Origin: Spirulina sp.
GTDB taxonomy: Bacteria > Cyanobacteriota > Cyanobacteriia > Phormidesmidales > Phormidesmidaceae
Length of the DNA stretch: 64,000 nt
NCBI GenBank assembly: GCA_044070495.1
Contig: JBIPSI010000008.1
Location: forward strand, 1-64,000
Direction: 5' to 3'
The notes under the pieces are model-generated. The model ran no database searches and had not been told where the DNA came from. It saw only the letters and a list, made by a program, of their open reading frames with translations. The translations under genes were made by a program, and so were the position numbers. Positions 8,994 through 17,949 of this stretch are shown here, piece after piece (within the stretch, counting starts at the first letter, position 1; every line of letters starts with the position of its first letter).

Positions 8994-10955
8994 GTGACTG
9001 CTGCGGCACCCACCACGCTGATTAACGACTCCGACCGTTTGGAGGCTCGTTTGAAGGAGATCCCCAAGGAACCGGGGGTCTATTTCATGAAGGACAGCCG
9101 CGACCAAATTTTGTACATCGGCAAGTCCAAATGCCTACGCAACCGGGTGCGGTCGTACTTTCGCGATATCCAGGGCCACGCCCCCCGCATTGCCACCATG
9201 GTGATGCAGATCGTCGAGATTGAAATCATCGTCACCGATACCGAATCCGAGGCCCTAGCCCTAGAGGCCAACCTGATCAAGCATCACCAGCCCCACTTCA
9301 ATGTGCTGCTGAAGGACGACAAAAAGTATCCCTACCTCTGTGTCACTTGGTCAGAGGAATATCCCCGCATTTTCATTACCCGCAAGCGCCGCAAGCACAG
9401 CAAAGATCGGTACTACGGCCCCTACGTGGATGTGGGCCTCCTGCGCAGCACCCTGAGCCTAGTGAAGCGGATTTTCCCATTGCGCCAGCGCCCCCAGCCC
9501 GTCCACAAAAACCGTCCCTGTTTGAACTACGACATAGGCCGCTGTCCTGGGGTCTGCCAACGGCTGATTTCCCCGGAGGACTACCGCAAAATCCTGCAAC
9601 GGGTGGTGATGGTGTTTCAAGGCCGCACCACGGAACTGGTGGATATTTTGACCGGGCACATGGAGAAAGCCGCCGAGGATCTAAAGTTTGAGCAGGCTGC
9701 CCACCTGCGGGATCAAATTCGCGGCTTAGAACGGCTCTGTGCTGACCAAAAAGTCGCCCTGCCCGACGACACCGTTTCGCGGGATGCCATTGCCCTGGCG
9801 GCGGACGACAAACACGCCTGTGTGCAAATCTTTCAGGTGCGGGCGGGGCGGCTGGTGGGGCGGCTGGGCTTTGTGGCCGATGCCGAGGCCGGATCTCCGG
9901 GCACCATTCTGCAACGGGTGCTAGAAAACCACTATCAAACCGTGGATTCCGTGGAAATTCCCTCGGTGATTTTGGCCCAGCACGCCCTACCGGAAGCGGA
10001 AATTTTGGCGGACTACCTCACCCAGCGACGGGGCCGCAAAGTCACCATCGAAGTACCCCAGCGCCAGGTGAAGGCCGACCTGATCGACATGGTGGAGCGC
10101 AACGCCCAGTACGAGCTGGCCCGCACCCAAGCCGTCGCCGACCGCACCCTGCAATCCCTCCAGGATCTCGCCGTGGTGTTGGATCTCCCCGACCTGCCCA
10201 AGCGCATCGAAGGCTACGACATTTCCCACATCCAGGGTTCCGATGCCGTGGCATCCCAAGTGGTCTTTGTTGATGGCCTGCCCGCCAAGCAGCACTACCG
10301 CCACTACAAAATCAAAAATCCTGAGGTGCGCCCCGGCCACTCCGACGACTTCGCCAGCATGGCCGAGGTGATCCGCCGCCGTTTCCGCCGCTATGCCGCC
10401 GACCCGAATTTGCCCCGGTTAGGCAATCCCGACTGGCCGGATTTGGTGATGATTGATGGCGGCAAAGGCCAACTCTCCGCCGTGGTAGACGTTCTCAAAG
10501 ACCTTAACCTGCTGCAAGATTTAAACGTGGTCAGTCTTGCCAAAAAGCGGGAGGAAATTTTCTTGCCAGGAGAATCCGAACCCCTCACCACCGAAGCTGA
10601 TCAGCCCGGAGTCCAACTCCTGCGCCGCCTGCGGGACGAGGCCCACCGCTTCGCCATTAGTTTCCATCGCCAAAAACGCACGGAACGAATGCGTCGCTCC
10701 CGTCTGTCGGACATCCCTGGCCTGGGTCACCACCGCCAACGGGAACTGCTCGCCGCCTTCCGCTCCATCGACTACATCCGAGAAGCTAGCCCCGAACAGT
10801 TGGCCACCGTTCCCGGCATTGGCCCCCAACTGGCCCAAACCATCTATGACTACTTCCATCCCCAACCCGCCACCAGTGAGGAGATAGAAGCCGCCGCCGC
10901 TTTAGATTCGACGATAAACGACCCTGATCCCGCCACCCTACCCCAGACCGGATGA
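8994..10955 (+). CDS. uvrC: Excinuclease ABC subunit C
   Basis: [32 protein letters not shown] domain, [23 protein letters not shown], HhH; start GTG 8994 inferred. Confidence 0.96.
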   Translation: MTAAAPTTLINDSDRLEARLKEIPKEPGVYFMKDSRDQILYIGKSKCLRNRVRSYFRDIQGHAPRIATMVMQIVEIEIIVTDTESEALALEANLIKHHQPHFNVLLKDDKKYPYLCVTWSEEYPRIFITRKRRKHSKDRYYGPYVDVGLLRSTLSLVKRIFPLRQRPQPVHKNRPCLNYDIGRCPGVCQRLISPEDYRKILQRVVMVFQGRTTELVDILTGHMEKAAEDLKFEQAAHLRDQIRGLERLCADQKVALPDDTVSRDAIALAADDKHACVQIFQVRAGRLVGRLGFVADAEAGSPGTILQRVLENHYQTVDSVEIPSVILAQHALPEAEILADYLTQRRGRKVTIEVPQRQVKADLIDMVERNAQYELARTQAVADRTLQSLQDLAVVLDLPDLPKRIEGYDISHIQGSDAVASQVVFVDGLPAKQHYRHYKIKNPEVRPGHSDDFASMAEVIRRRFRRYAADPNLPRLGNPDWPDLVMIDGGKGQLSAVVDVLKDLNLLQDLNVVSLAKKREEIFLPGESEPLTTEADQPGVQLLRRLRDEAHRFAISFHRQKRTERMRRSRLSDIPGLGHHRQRELLAAFRSIDYIREASPEQLATVPGIGPQLAQTIYDYFHPQPATSEEIEAAAALDSTINDPDPATLPQTG

Positions 10956-10983
10956 GGACGATCAGGCGGCAACCCCGTGGGCA

Positions 10984-11006
10984 GGGCGAGGAGACCTCGC
11001 CCCTAC
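10984..11006. repeat. GTAG-type REP palindrome, family B
   Basis: GGGCGAGGAGACCTCGCCCCTAC; related copies at 28491-28513, 46690-46712 and 57595-57617. Confidence 0.7.
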
Positions 11007-11045
11007 CGTTGCGATGGTTTGGGGTACGGTATTTGGATTTGGGGC

Positions 11046-12188
11046 TTACTCAGCGGGCAAAAAAGGAAATGGCTCCGCTGGCACAAAGCGGTCAGAGGTA
11101 TCGCCGCTGAAGAGGTTTTGCTGACGGGGGCCAAGATCCAGCTTGCGAACTCCGGCCTCGGTGGAGAAGTCGATGTTCTTGAGATCCACCCAGAACAGGT
11201 TGGGCGACACCACCGACTCGAAGTAGTAGATCATGTCCTTGTGATCGGCCACCACCCGCCAGCGGGTCGTAGACAGGTTAGGGCGATCTTCAATGCTGAC
11301 GCCGTAGGGGGCAGAGACATTGCGCATGACGCTGAACACCGCCGCTGCCGCCATCCGCTGATCATCCACCTGATCCACGGCGTTAATTAAAAAGCTGGCC
11401 CTGGCAAAACGATCCTCCGCCCGACTGGTGCCCGGTAGGAACGATAGCCCATCCACCCGACTCCAATACTGGGTGATGGCAAGCTGATCTTCAAACCGGG
11501 GTTCGTTGGTCATCACCTGGTACTGGCGACCGTGGTGGATCACCAGATCGCCGTCCACCCACTCAAAAATGGCGCTGTCCCCCGACGCATCGGAAAGCGA
11601 TAGGTGAATGGTGGCCAGGCGTCCGGGCTGGTCGGGCACATCGGCAGAGACCACATGGAAGGGATTGGCTTCGGCGTGGGCCACGGCCTCGGCTACGGTG
11701 CCAAAGTTATCCAGCACGTATTGGGGCCAGATGGCGAGGGACATTTGCGGGGTGCGTCCATCGTCGGTGGGATAGACCGCATCGGCCATCCACAGCCCGT
11801 TTACCATCAGTCCGGCTTCGTTCAGGCCATCCACAGTGGCCACTTCATAGCCCGTCACCACCACGCTGCCGTATTTGGATGTCCAGCTCATCGACCGTGG
11901 CCCCGCCACCCCATTGCGCTCAACACCACGGGGCAGAATCCACAGATTGCCGTCCCACTCTAGTTTCCAGTCCATGCTGCGGCCCGTCAGCACCCGATCA
12001 TTCGGCCCCTGATATACCGCACGGGTGCAGGCCTGCGCAGGAGCACTGGCCCACAGCAGCGCCGCCAGCGTCGTCACCACGGTCAAAATTGTTGTCGTTA
12101 ACGGTAGCACAGAAAATCTCCTCAATTCTTGAGTTAGCAAGGCATCGTCAGCCCTAGGGCCAGCGAATGACCTACAGCGAAACGCCAA
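11046..12188 (-). CDS. Linear amide C-N hydrolase (choloylglycine hydrolase / penicillin V acylase family)
   Basis: Signal peptide ending AQA followed by N-terminal nucleophile CTR, GRSMDW, DGLNEAGL, VMTNEP, LPGT..AEDRF.RA; start uncertain. Confidence 0.9.
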   Translation of the reverse strand: MAFRCRSFAGPRADDALLTQELRRFSVLPLTTTILTVVTTLAALLWASAPAQACTRAVYQGPNDRVLTGRSMDWKLEWDGNLWILPRGVERNGVAGPRSMSWTSKYGSVVVTGYEVATVDGLNEAGLMVNGLWMADAVYPTDDGRTPQMSLAIWPQYVLDNFGTVAEAVAHAEANPFHVVSADVPDQPGRLATIHLSLSDASGDSAIFEWVDGDLVIHHGRQYQVMTNEPRFEDQLAITQYWSRVDGLSFLPGTSRAEDRFARASFLINAVDQVDDQRMAAAAVFSVMRNVSAPYGVSIEDRPNLSTTRWRVVADHKDMIYYFESVVSPNLFWVDLKNIDFSTEAGVRKLDLGPRQQNLFSGDTSDRFVPAEPFPFLPAE

Positions 12189-12404
12189 CCCTCCCAGAAT
12201 ACAGACTTGCTAGCCCGCCTTCGCCGACCCTAAGCCCCAGGGGGAAGAGGGATAGACGGTGAAGCGACGTTTGGCCCTGGCTAGGACTACACCGCAAACC
12301 ATCGAAATTTCCCAGGTGGGAATAGATAAGGTGGTCAGCGCTGGGGTTCCGGGTTCTATCTTTACCTTAACGGCTGGCCATAACCTTAACGTTTTGCAAT
12401 CCTC

Positions 12405-12415
12405 GACGGACTGTC
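12405..12415. promoter_or_regulatory. Possible PetR-type operator upstream of petJ
   Basis: GAC-N5-GTC (GACGGACTGTC) 70 bp upstream of the petJ ATG; matches the PetR motif as recalled; short, so a chance match is possible. Confidence 0.4.
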
Positions 12416-12484
12416 TTTTGATTCCGAAACCCCAGACATAGACAATACGGGGCGAGTGAGATGAGATACGAGTAATAGATTCCT

Positions 12485-12817
12485 ATGCGAAACCTTGTTT
12501 TGTTAGTGGTGTCGGTGGCCACGGCCCTCACCCTGTGGATGGCTCCGGCGGCCCAGGCGGCAGACTTGGCCCATGGTGGGCAAGTATTTGGTAACAATTG
12601 CGCGGCTTGCCACATCGGCGGCGGCAATGTGGTGAATGGAGCCAAAACCCTCAAACAGGCTGACCTCCAGCAGTACGGGATGGACTCCATCGAAGCGATT
12701 ACCACCCAGGTAACCAACGGCAAAAGCGCCATGCCCGCCTTCAAGGGTCGTCTAACCGATGAGGACATTGCTGATGTAGCCGCCTACGTGTTGAGTCAGG
12801 CGGAAAAGGGTTGGTAA
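12485..12817 (+). CDS. petJ: Cytochrome c6
   Basis: Signal peptide, CAACH heme motif, GGGN.V...KTL, QVTNGK.AMPAF.GRL, VAAYVL.QAEKGW. Confidence 0.95.
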   Translation: MRNLVLLVVSVATALTLWMAPAAQAADLAHGGQVFGNNCAACHIGGGNVVNGAKTLKQADLQQYGMDSIEAITTQVTNGKSAMPAFKGRLTDEDIADVAAYVLSQAEKGW

Positions 12818-12843
12818 GCCTGCGTTGATCTCCAGTTCAACCG

Positions 12844-12873
12844 CCCCAAGTCTGCAAAGAGTTGGGGTTTTTT
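12844..12873 (+). terminator. Rho-independent terminator after petJ
   Basis: CCCCAAGTCT-GCAA-AGAGTTGGGG hairpin followed by a T run. Confidence 0.65.
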
Positions 12874-13015
12874 GCGCGGTTTTCCTGCCCCTGCGGATCT
12901 CCCCCGACACCCCCATTCGCTGATTGCAATTCCTTTGGACGGCCACGCCGATGGTTTGCCCCTGGCGGCTGAAACCCGTCCCCTGTGCAGTTTAACGTTA
13001 CGGTAGATATCCCCC

Positions 13016-13582
13016 ATGAACCACGGATTTCGTCTTTTTCCTGTCCACGCCGCCCTTGCCCTCCTAGCGGCCAGTGCCGTCCTCGGCGGTTCCCTCACCC
13101 AACGCGCCACCGCCTCTCCGGGCGATCATCCCCCCCATTCCAGCCCCGCCCCATCCCATGGCCATCCTGCAACCCCAGATCAGCCCTCGGATCATTCCGC
13201 AGACTCAACCGATCACCCATCCACCCCGTCCGGCCACCACCACCACGACACCCTGGAAATTCCAGCGGGGCAACCCGTTCCCACCGTACAGGTGGTGGTG
13301 CATCCCGATGCCATGCAGGGCTGGAACCTAGAGATTCAGACCACCCACTTTCGCTTTGCCCCAGAGCACATTAACCAAGCCCATCAACCCGGCCTTGGCC
13401 ACGGGCATCTCTATATCAATGGCGAAAAGCAAGGGCGCATCTATGGCCCTTGGCTGCACCTCACCCAGCTTCCCCCAGGGGCAAACGAGATCACCGTCAG
13501 CCTCAACGCCAACGGCCACGAAGCCCTTACCTACAACGGCCAACCTATTGCCGCCACCGTCATCATTGAGGTGCCGGAGTAG
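13016..13582 (+). CDS. His-rich secreted hypothetical protein (possible metal binding)
   Basis: Signal peptide, His-rich linker, GWNL...F.FAPE and GHGHLYINGEK..RIYG.W.HL. Confidence 0.75.
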   Translation: MNHGFRLFPVHAALALLAASAVLGGSLTQRATASPGDHPPHSSPAPSHGHPATPDQPSDHSADSTDHPSTPSGHHHHDTLEIPAGQPVPTVQVVVHPDAMQGWNLEIQTTHFRFAPEHINQAHQPGLGHGHLYINGEKQGRIYGPWLHLTQLPPGANEITVSLNANGHEALTYNGQPIAATVIIEVPE

Positions 13583-13590
13583 GTTAGAGC

Positions 13591-14244
13591 CTAGGATCCT
13601 ACGCCAACTTCAGCGGGGGGTTTATGGCCCTGTTCAAAGGCAAAGCGCACCAGTTGGGAGCGATTGTCTAGGTTGAGCTTGGTCAAGATGTTGCTGAGGT
13701 GAGTTTGCACCGTGCGGGGGCTGAGGCAGAGATGTTCGCCAATTTGCTTGTTGGTAAAGCCCTGCACCACTTCCCAAAACACCTTGGTTTCGGCGGGGGT
13801 GAGGGGCAGCGGGGGAGCCTCGGCGGGGGCAGCACTGGGCGGCAGGGCGGGCTGAGTGAAGAGTCCCCGCAGCCGCTCAGAACGGACAATGGCCCCCTGC
13901 ACCTTGGCGATCAGTTCCTTGACGTGGAAGGGTTTGGGAAGGTAATCATCGGCCCCCATCAAATGCCCCTGCACCCGGTCGTTCACTTCCCCCAGGCTAG
14001 ACAGGAAAATAAAGGGAACCGTCTGCCCCGCTGGAGTGGCCCGCAACCGCTGACAAAACTCCAGCCCGTCCATCCCCGGCATCATAATGTCCGACACCAC
14101 CACATCCACCGCTTCGGTGGCCAACAGGTCTAGGGCAACCTGGGCCGAACTAGCCTGAAGCACCTGGTAATCTTGGGCCTGGAGTCGGCGGGCAAGGGCG
14201 ACTTGTAAAATCGGGTCATCATCCACAAAGAGAATGGTTTTCAC
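13591..14244 (-). CDS. NarL/LuxR-family response regulator
   Basis: Receiver (VDDD, DIMMP, ADDYLPKPF) plus LTPAE..VFWEVVQGFTNKQI...L.LSPRTVQTHLSNIL HTH. Confidence 0.92.
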   Translation of the reverse strand: MKTILFVDDDPILQVALARRLQAQDYQVLQASSAQVALDLLATEAVDVVVSDIMMPGMDGLEFCQRLRATPAGQTVPFIFLSSLGEVNDRVQGHLMGADDYLPKPFHVKELIAKVQGAIVRSERLRGLFTQPALPPSAAPAEAPPLPLTPAETKVFWEVVQGFTNKQIGEHLCLSPRTVQTHLSNILTKLNLDNRSQLVRFAFEQGHKPPAEVGVGS

Positions 14245-14470
14245 GGAGAAGCACCTGTAAAGCTAGGTGAGGGTAGGACGCACGGCGATACCCCCGTACG
14301 AAAGGTTTAGCGTAGACCTTGGGGCGCACAGCGGCGAAACCCTAGAGGGGCTGGGCATGGGCCGCCGTTAGAATCTAGATTGCCCAAATCTGCCGCAACA
14401 ACTCACGTTTACCCTGTACCCAATCGCCCCCAAACCGCAGGGCAGACCATGCCCCATCCCACCTAACCCC

Positions 14471-14499
14471 CAATAACCAATAACCAATAACCAGCAACC
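14471..14499. repeat. Short tandem heptamer repeat (CAATAAC)n, STRR-like
   Basis: caataac caataac caataac cagcaac. Confidence 0.6.
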
Positions 14500-14616
14500 A
14501 ACCCCCACAGTCTAAAAAATGTCTTAAGCCCCACCAAATCGTTCCCAAACCATCCGTTTTAGGGCAGAAAGCAGATTAGACTGTGGTTTGTCTTGTCGTA
14601 TTCTGGGCAAATTGCG

Positions 14617-16044
14617 ATGTACGAACGGCTTACCCCCCCCACCGTGGGCGAACGCATCACCTTCAAAGACGGCGAACCCGTGGTGCCAGACAACCCGATC
14701 ATTCCCTACATTCGCGGCGACGGCACGGGGGTAGACATTTGGCCAGCCGCCCAGCGGGTGTTTGATGCGGCGGTGGCGGCAGCCTACGGCGGTCAACGCA
14801 AGATCGAGTGGTTTAAGGTCTACGCGGGCGACGAAGCCTGTGAACAGTACGGCACCTACCAGTATCTCCCGGAAGACACCCTGACGGCGATTCAGGAATA
14901 CGGCGTCGCCATCAAAGGGCCGTTGACCACCCCCATCGGCGGCGGCATTCGGTCTTTGAACGTAGCGCTACGGCAGATCAACGACCTCTACGCCTGTGTG
15001 CGCCCCTGCAAATACTACGCAGGCACTCCTTCCCCCCACCGCAGTCCCGAAAAGCTGGATGTGATCATCTACCGGGAGAACACCGAGGACATCTACCTGG
15101 GCATCGAATGGAAACAGGGCGACCCCACCTGTGATCGGCTGATCAAAATCCTCAACGAAGACCTCATCCCCGGCACGCCAGAGCACGGCAAAAAGCAGAT
15201 TCCCCTGGATTCCGGCATTGGCATTAAACCGATCAGCAAAATGGGCAGCCAGCGCCTCGTCCGTCGCGCCATGAAACACGCCCTGCGCCTGCCCAAGGAC
15301 AAGCAGCAGGTCACCCTGGTGCACAAGGGCAACATTATGAAATACACCGAAGGGGCCTTCCGCGACTGGGGTTACGAACTGGCCACCACCGAATTTCGGG
15401 CCGAATGCGTCACCGAGCGGGAATCCTGGGTGCTGGGCAACAAGGAAGCTAACCCCGACCTCTCCATCGAAGACAACGCCCGCCAGATCGAACCGGGCTA
15501 CGATGCGCTGACCCCCGAAAAGAAAGCCGCCATCTGCGCCGAAGTGGAAGGCATCCTCGCCGCCATTTGGGACAGCCACGGCAATGGCCAATGGAAGGAC
15601 AAGGTGATGGTCAACGACCGCATCGCCGACAGCATCTTCCAGCAAATCCAAACCCGCCCGGATGAATACTCCATCCTCGCCACCATGAACCTGAATGGGG
15701 ATTATTTGTCGGATGCGGCGGCGGCCATCGTCGGCGGTTTGGGCATGGGGCCAGGGGCCAACATCGGCGACACCTGCGCCATCTTTGAAGCCACCCACGG
15801 CACCGCCCCCAAACACGCCGGACTCGACCGCATCAACCCCGGTTCCGTCATCCTCTCTGGGGTAATGATGCTGGAATACATGGGCTGGCAAGAGGCCGCC
15901 GACCTGATTAAAAAAGGAATGGGGGCGGCAATTGCATCCCGCGAAGTCACCTACGACCTCGCTCGTATGATGGAACCCCCGGTGAACCCACCTCTAAAAT
16001 GTTCCGAGTTTGCCGAAGCTATCATCAACCACTTTGATGATTAG
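14617..16044 (+). CDS. icd: NADP-dependent isocitrate dehydrogenase
   Basis: [67 protein letters not shown]. Confidence 0.97.
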   Translation: MYERLTPPTVGERITFKDGEPVVPDNPIIPYIRGDGTGVDIWPAAQRVFDAAVAAAYGGQRKIEWFKVYAGDEACEQYGTYQYLPEDTLTAIQEYGVAIKGPLTTPIGGGIRSLNVALRQINDLYACVRPCKYYAGTPSPHRSPEKLDVIIYRENTEDIYLGIEWKQGDPTCDRLIKILNEDLIPGTPEHGKKQIPLDSGIGIKPISKMGSQRLVRRAMKHALRLPKDKQQVTLVHKGNIMKYTEGAFRDWGYELATTEFRAECVTERESWVLGNKEANPDLSIEDNARQIEPGYDALTPEKKAAICAEVEGILAAIWDSHGNGQWKDKVMVNDRIADSIFQQIQTRPDEYSILATMNLNGDYLSDAAAAIVGGLGMGPGANIGDTCAIFEATHGTAPKHAGLDRINPGSVILSGVMMLEYMGWQEAADLIKKGMGAAIASREVTYDLARMMEPPVNPPLKCSEFAEAIINHFDD

Positions 16045-16185
16045 GCGATAACGAGCTAACGACGGTTTGAGCAAACCCCCGTGATCTGTAGAAATTTGAC
16101 GCTATAGATCATGGGGTTTAGCCACGGTAGAGAATGGGCTATCTCCCAAGTACAACCTATTGAGGTTATCTGGTAGTCAGGCAGG

Positions 16186-16236
16186 TTGGGCTAACTAGAG
16201 CAGCTTAAATTTAATGGTGGGCATTGCCTACTCTAC
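16186..16236 (+). repeat. 51-bp direct repeat copy 1 (ends in a degenerate REP, family A)
   Basis: TTGGGCTAACTAGAGCAGCTTAAATTTAATGGTGGGCATTGCCTACTCTAC aligns with 17166-17216 and 17684-17734. Confidence 0.8.
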
Positions 16237-16495
16237 TTACTTGCTCCAACGGGGTAAGCCTAAGGATGTCGCCTTAATTGCCTCCATGCGCAAGCCACTC
16301 ACCATCCCCAATGCCATGGTGACTCATGGCGCCCTCTGGCAATCTCCAGCTTGCTCATTGCCGCTAGTCGCCACCCCTGTAGTAGCCACTACATAGCAGG
16401 ATAAGCTTAACAAACAAGATAATCGCTACAGGCTTCAGGATACTTGATTAACGAGTGAACGGTGCGTTTGGCATAGCTTCGTACCTCCACACACC

Positions 16496-17014
16496 CTACA
16501 GACCAAAATCATCTATTCCATATTTTGGAAGTTCAGCTTCAGGAACATAAAGCAACTCCCAAAATACAAGCACATTAAATGGATGCCCCATGTCAGAATA
16601 TTTGATTACAAGTGGTGCCCCACCATCTATAAGCCCTTTCCCAGTTTCTATAAATTCATCAAGTTTTTCAGTAAGCCTTTCTTGGCATTCAGGGATAAAA
16701 TCCTGAACGTAGATATTCTCTCCAGTGCCTAGATTCGTATTGATTCCTCCATCTATGAAGCTATATATAACTTTGTAGCGGCAATCTAAATCTAATACCT
16801 GAATAAGCTTCTCGTCAGTATCTTTGAAGGTGCCATAGAAATGCTTGCCGCTCACTATGTCCTTGGCTGATACAACATTCTTGGATGATCCGTGCTTTCC
16901 AGGCTTGCTCACACTGATGTCTGTAATCTTATAAAACGATAGACTTCCTTGAGGTATAAAAATAGAGCCAACCTTCAAGTCTCTTCCGTTCACTAACTCT
17001 GTTTTGATTGCCAT
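16496..17014 (-). CDS. aIF5A/eIF5A-like protein (KOW/SH3-like N-domain with hypusine-loop motif) and divergent C-terminal domain
   Basis: MAIKTELVNGRDLKVGSIF...YKITDISVSKPGKHGSSKNVVSAKDIVSGK; the SKPGKHG.xK loop is the archaeal IF5A signature; AT-rich; ATG at 17014 gives 172 aa. Confidence 0.75.
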   Translation of the reverse strand: MAIKTELVNGRDLKVGSIFIPQGSLSFYKITDISVSKPGKHGSSKNVVSAKDIVSGKHFYGTFKDTDEKLIQVLDLDCRYKVIYSFIDGGINTNLGTGENIYVQDFIPECQERLTEKLDEFIETGKGLIDGGAPLVIKYSDMGHPFNVLVFWELLYVPEAELPKYGIDDFGL

Positions 17015-17165
17015 GCATTTTGACCTAAATTTAACCAATCATATGTTGAAAGATTCCTGAAAAATGCATCGGCTTACATCAATTAACATAAATTCATCAG
17101 ACTAGTCGAGTAAATAAGTAATCACCCCAATGTAACCCGCTGAACTTAGTTGCTTGCAAGAAGAA

Positions 17166-17216
17166 TTGGACTAGCTAGAGTAGCTTAAATTCAATGGTGG
17201 GCACTGCCCACCCTAC
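17166..17216 (+). repeat. 51-bp direct repeat copy 2 (REP family A)
   Basis: TTGGACTAGCTAGAGTAGCTTAAATTCAATGGTGGGCACTGCCCACCCTAC. Confidence 0.85.
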
Positions 17217-17284
17217 TACCTGTGGGAGATTCGCACAGGTCAGTCTGTCCCTCGTTTGGTCTCAGCGTTTATCAAATCAAAGCT

Positions 17285-17545
17285 ATGAGTTCTATCGCAA
17301 ATTTGGATACGGTTGCCAACCTAAAACCGATTGCCCGTGATCGCCTGACGCTGATTGAACCTGAGTTTGAGTCCATTCCGCAGCTTCCCACAGGGCAAGT
17401 CGGTACTGTACTGGAGATCTACGAGGGAGAGGATCTTGGCTACTTGGTTGAGTTCGCGGATTTGGAAGGTCGCGAATATGCCATGGCGGTGCTGATGCCG
17501 GACGAAATTCTGCCACTGCATTATGATCTGCCGCTGGCTAGTTGA
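17285..17545 (+). CDS. DUF4926-domain protein
   Basis: LDTVA...LPTGQVGTVLEIY....YLVEFAD.EGREYAM..L....L.LHY. Confidence 0.82.
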   Translation: MSSIANLDTVANLKPIARDRLTLIEPEFESIPQLPTGQVGTVLEIYEGEDLGYLVEFADLEGREYAMAVLMPDEILPLHYDLPLAS

Positions 17546-17601
17546 TGCTAAGAAATGTCTAGGGAAGAAAACCCTCACCTTATCTAACAACCATAACCAC
17601 G

Positions 17602-17734
17602 GTAGGGTGGGCACTGCCCACCACAGGAAGAATGCACAACCACCCCCATGCAACCGGCTGAACTGGCCTGGTTTTAGGAAAGATTGAGCCGACTAGGGCA
17701 GCTTAAATTTGATGGTGGGCAGTGCCCACCCTAC
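17602..17734. repeat. REP doublet (REPIN-like) including direct repeat copy 3
   Basis: GTAGGGTGGGCACTGCCCACC (17602-17622) inverted relative to GGTGGGCAGTGCCCACCCTAC (17714-17734). Confidence 0.8.
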
Positions 17735-17775
17735 TAACATACAAAAACCCCGCCGTTTGGCGAGGTTTCAGTCAA

Positions 17776-17849
17776 TCGGAGCGGCGGGATTTGAACCCAC
17801 GACCCCTACTACCCCAAAGTAGTGCGCTACCAAGCTGCGCTACGCCCCG
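17776..17849 (-). tRNA. trnP: tRNA-Pro(GGG)
   Basis: Minus strand CGGGGCGTAGCGCAGCTTGGTAGCGCACTACTTTGGGGTAGTAGGGGTCGTGGGTTCAAATCCCGCCGCTCCGA, anticodon GGG; hairpin AAACCTCGCC/GGCGGGGTTT followed by T run downstream. Confidence 0.95.
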
Positions 17850-17949
17850 ATATTGCACAGGTTAATTGTGCTCAACTAGAATAACACAGGTCTGGGTCTC
17901 ATGTCCTGAAAATTAAAAAGTGGCTTTTGCCTGCGGGGTAAAGGGTTGG

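Noticed and set aside
14968..15891. 307-aa antisense ORF, and similar long shadow ORFs opposite uvrC, capA, the caspase gene and tolC
   Set aside because: Antisense shadows of GC3-rich genes with no recognisable motifs
16496..17014. Annotating the gene as canonical efp
   Set aside because: The loop is KPGKHG rather than KPGKG, and the conserved EF-P C-terminal domain motifs (PG.KGDT, V.VP.F) are absent
16186..17734. CRISPR array
   Set aside because: Only three degenerate 51-bp repeats with gene-sized, unequal spacing, and no cas genes; they are REP-containing repeats
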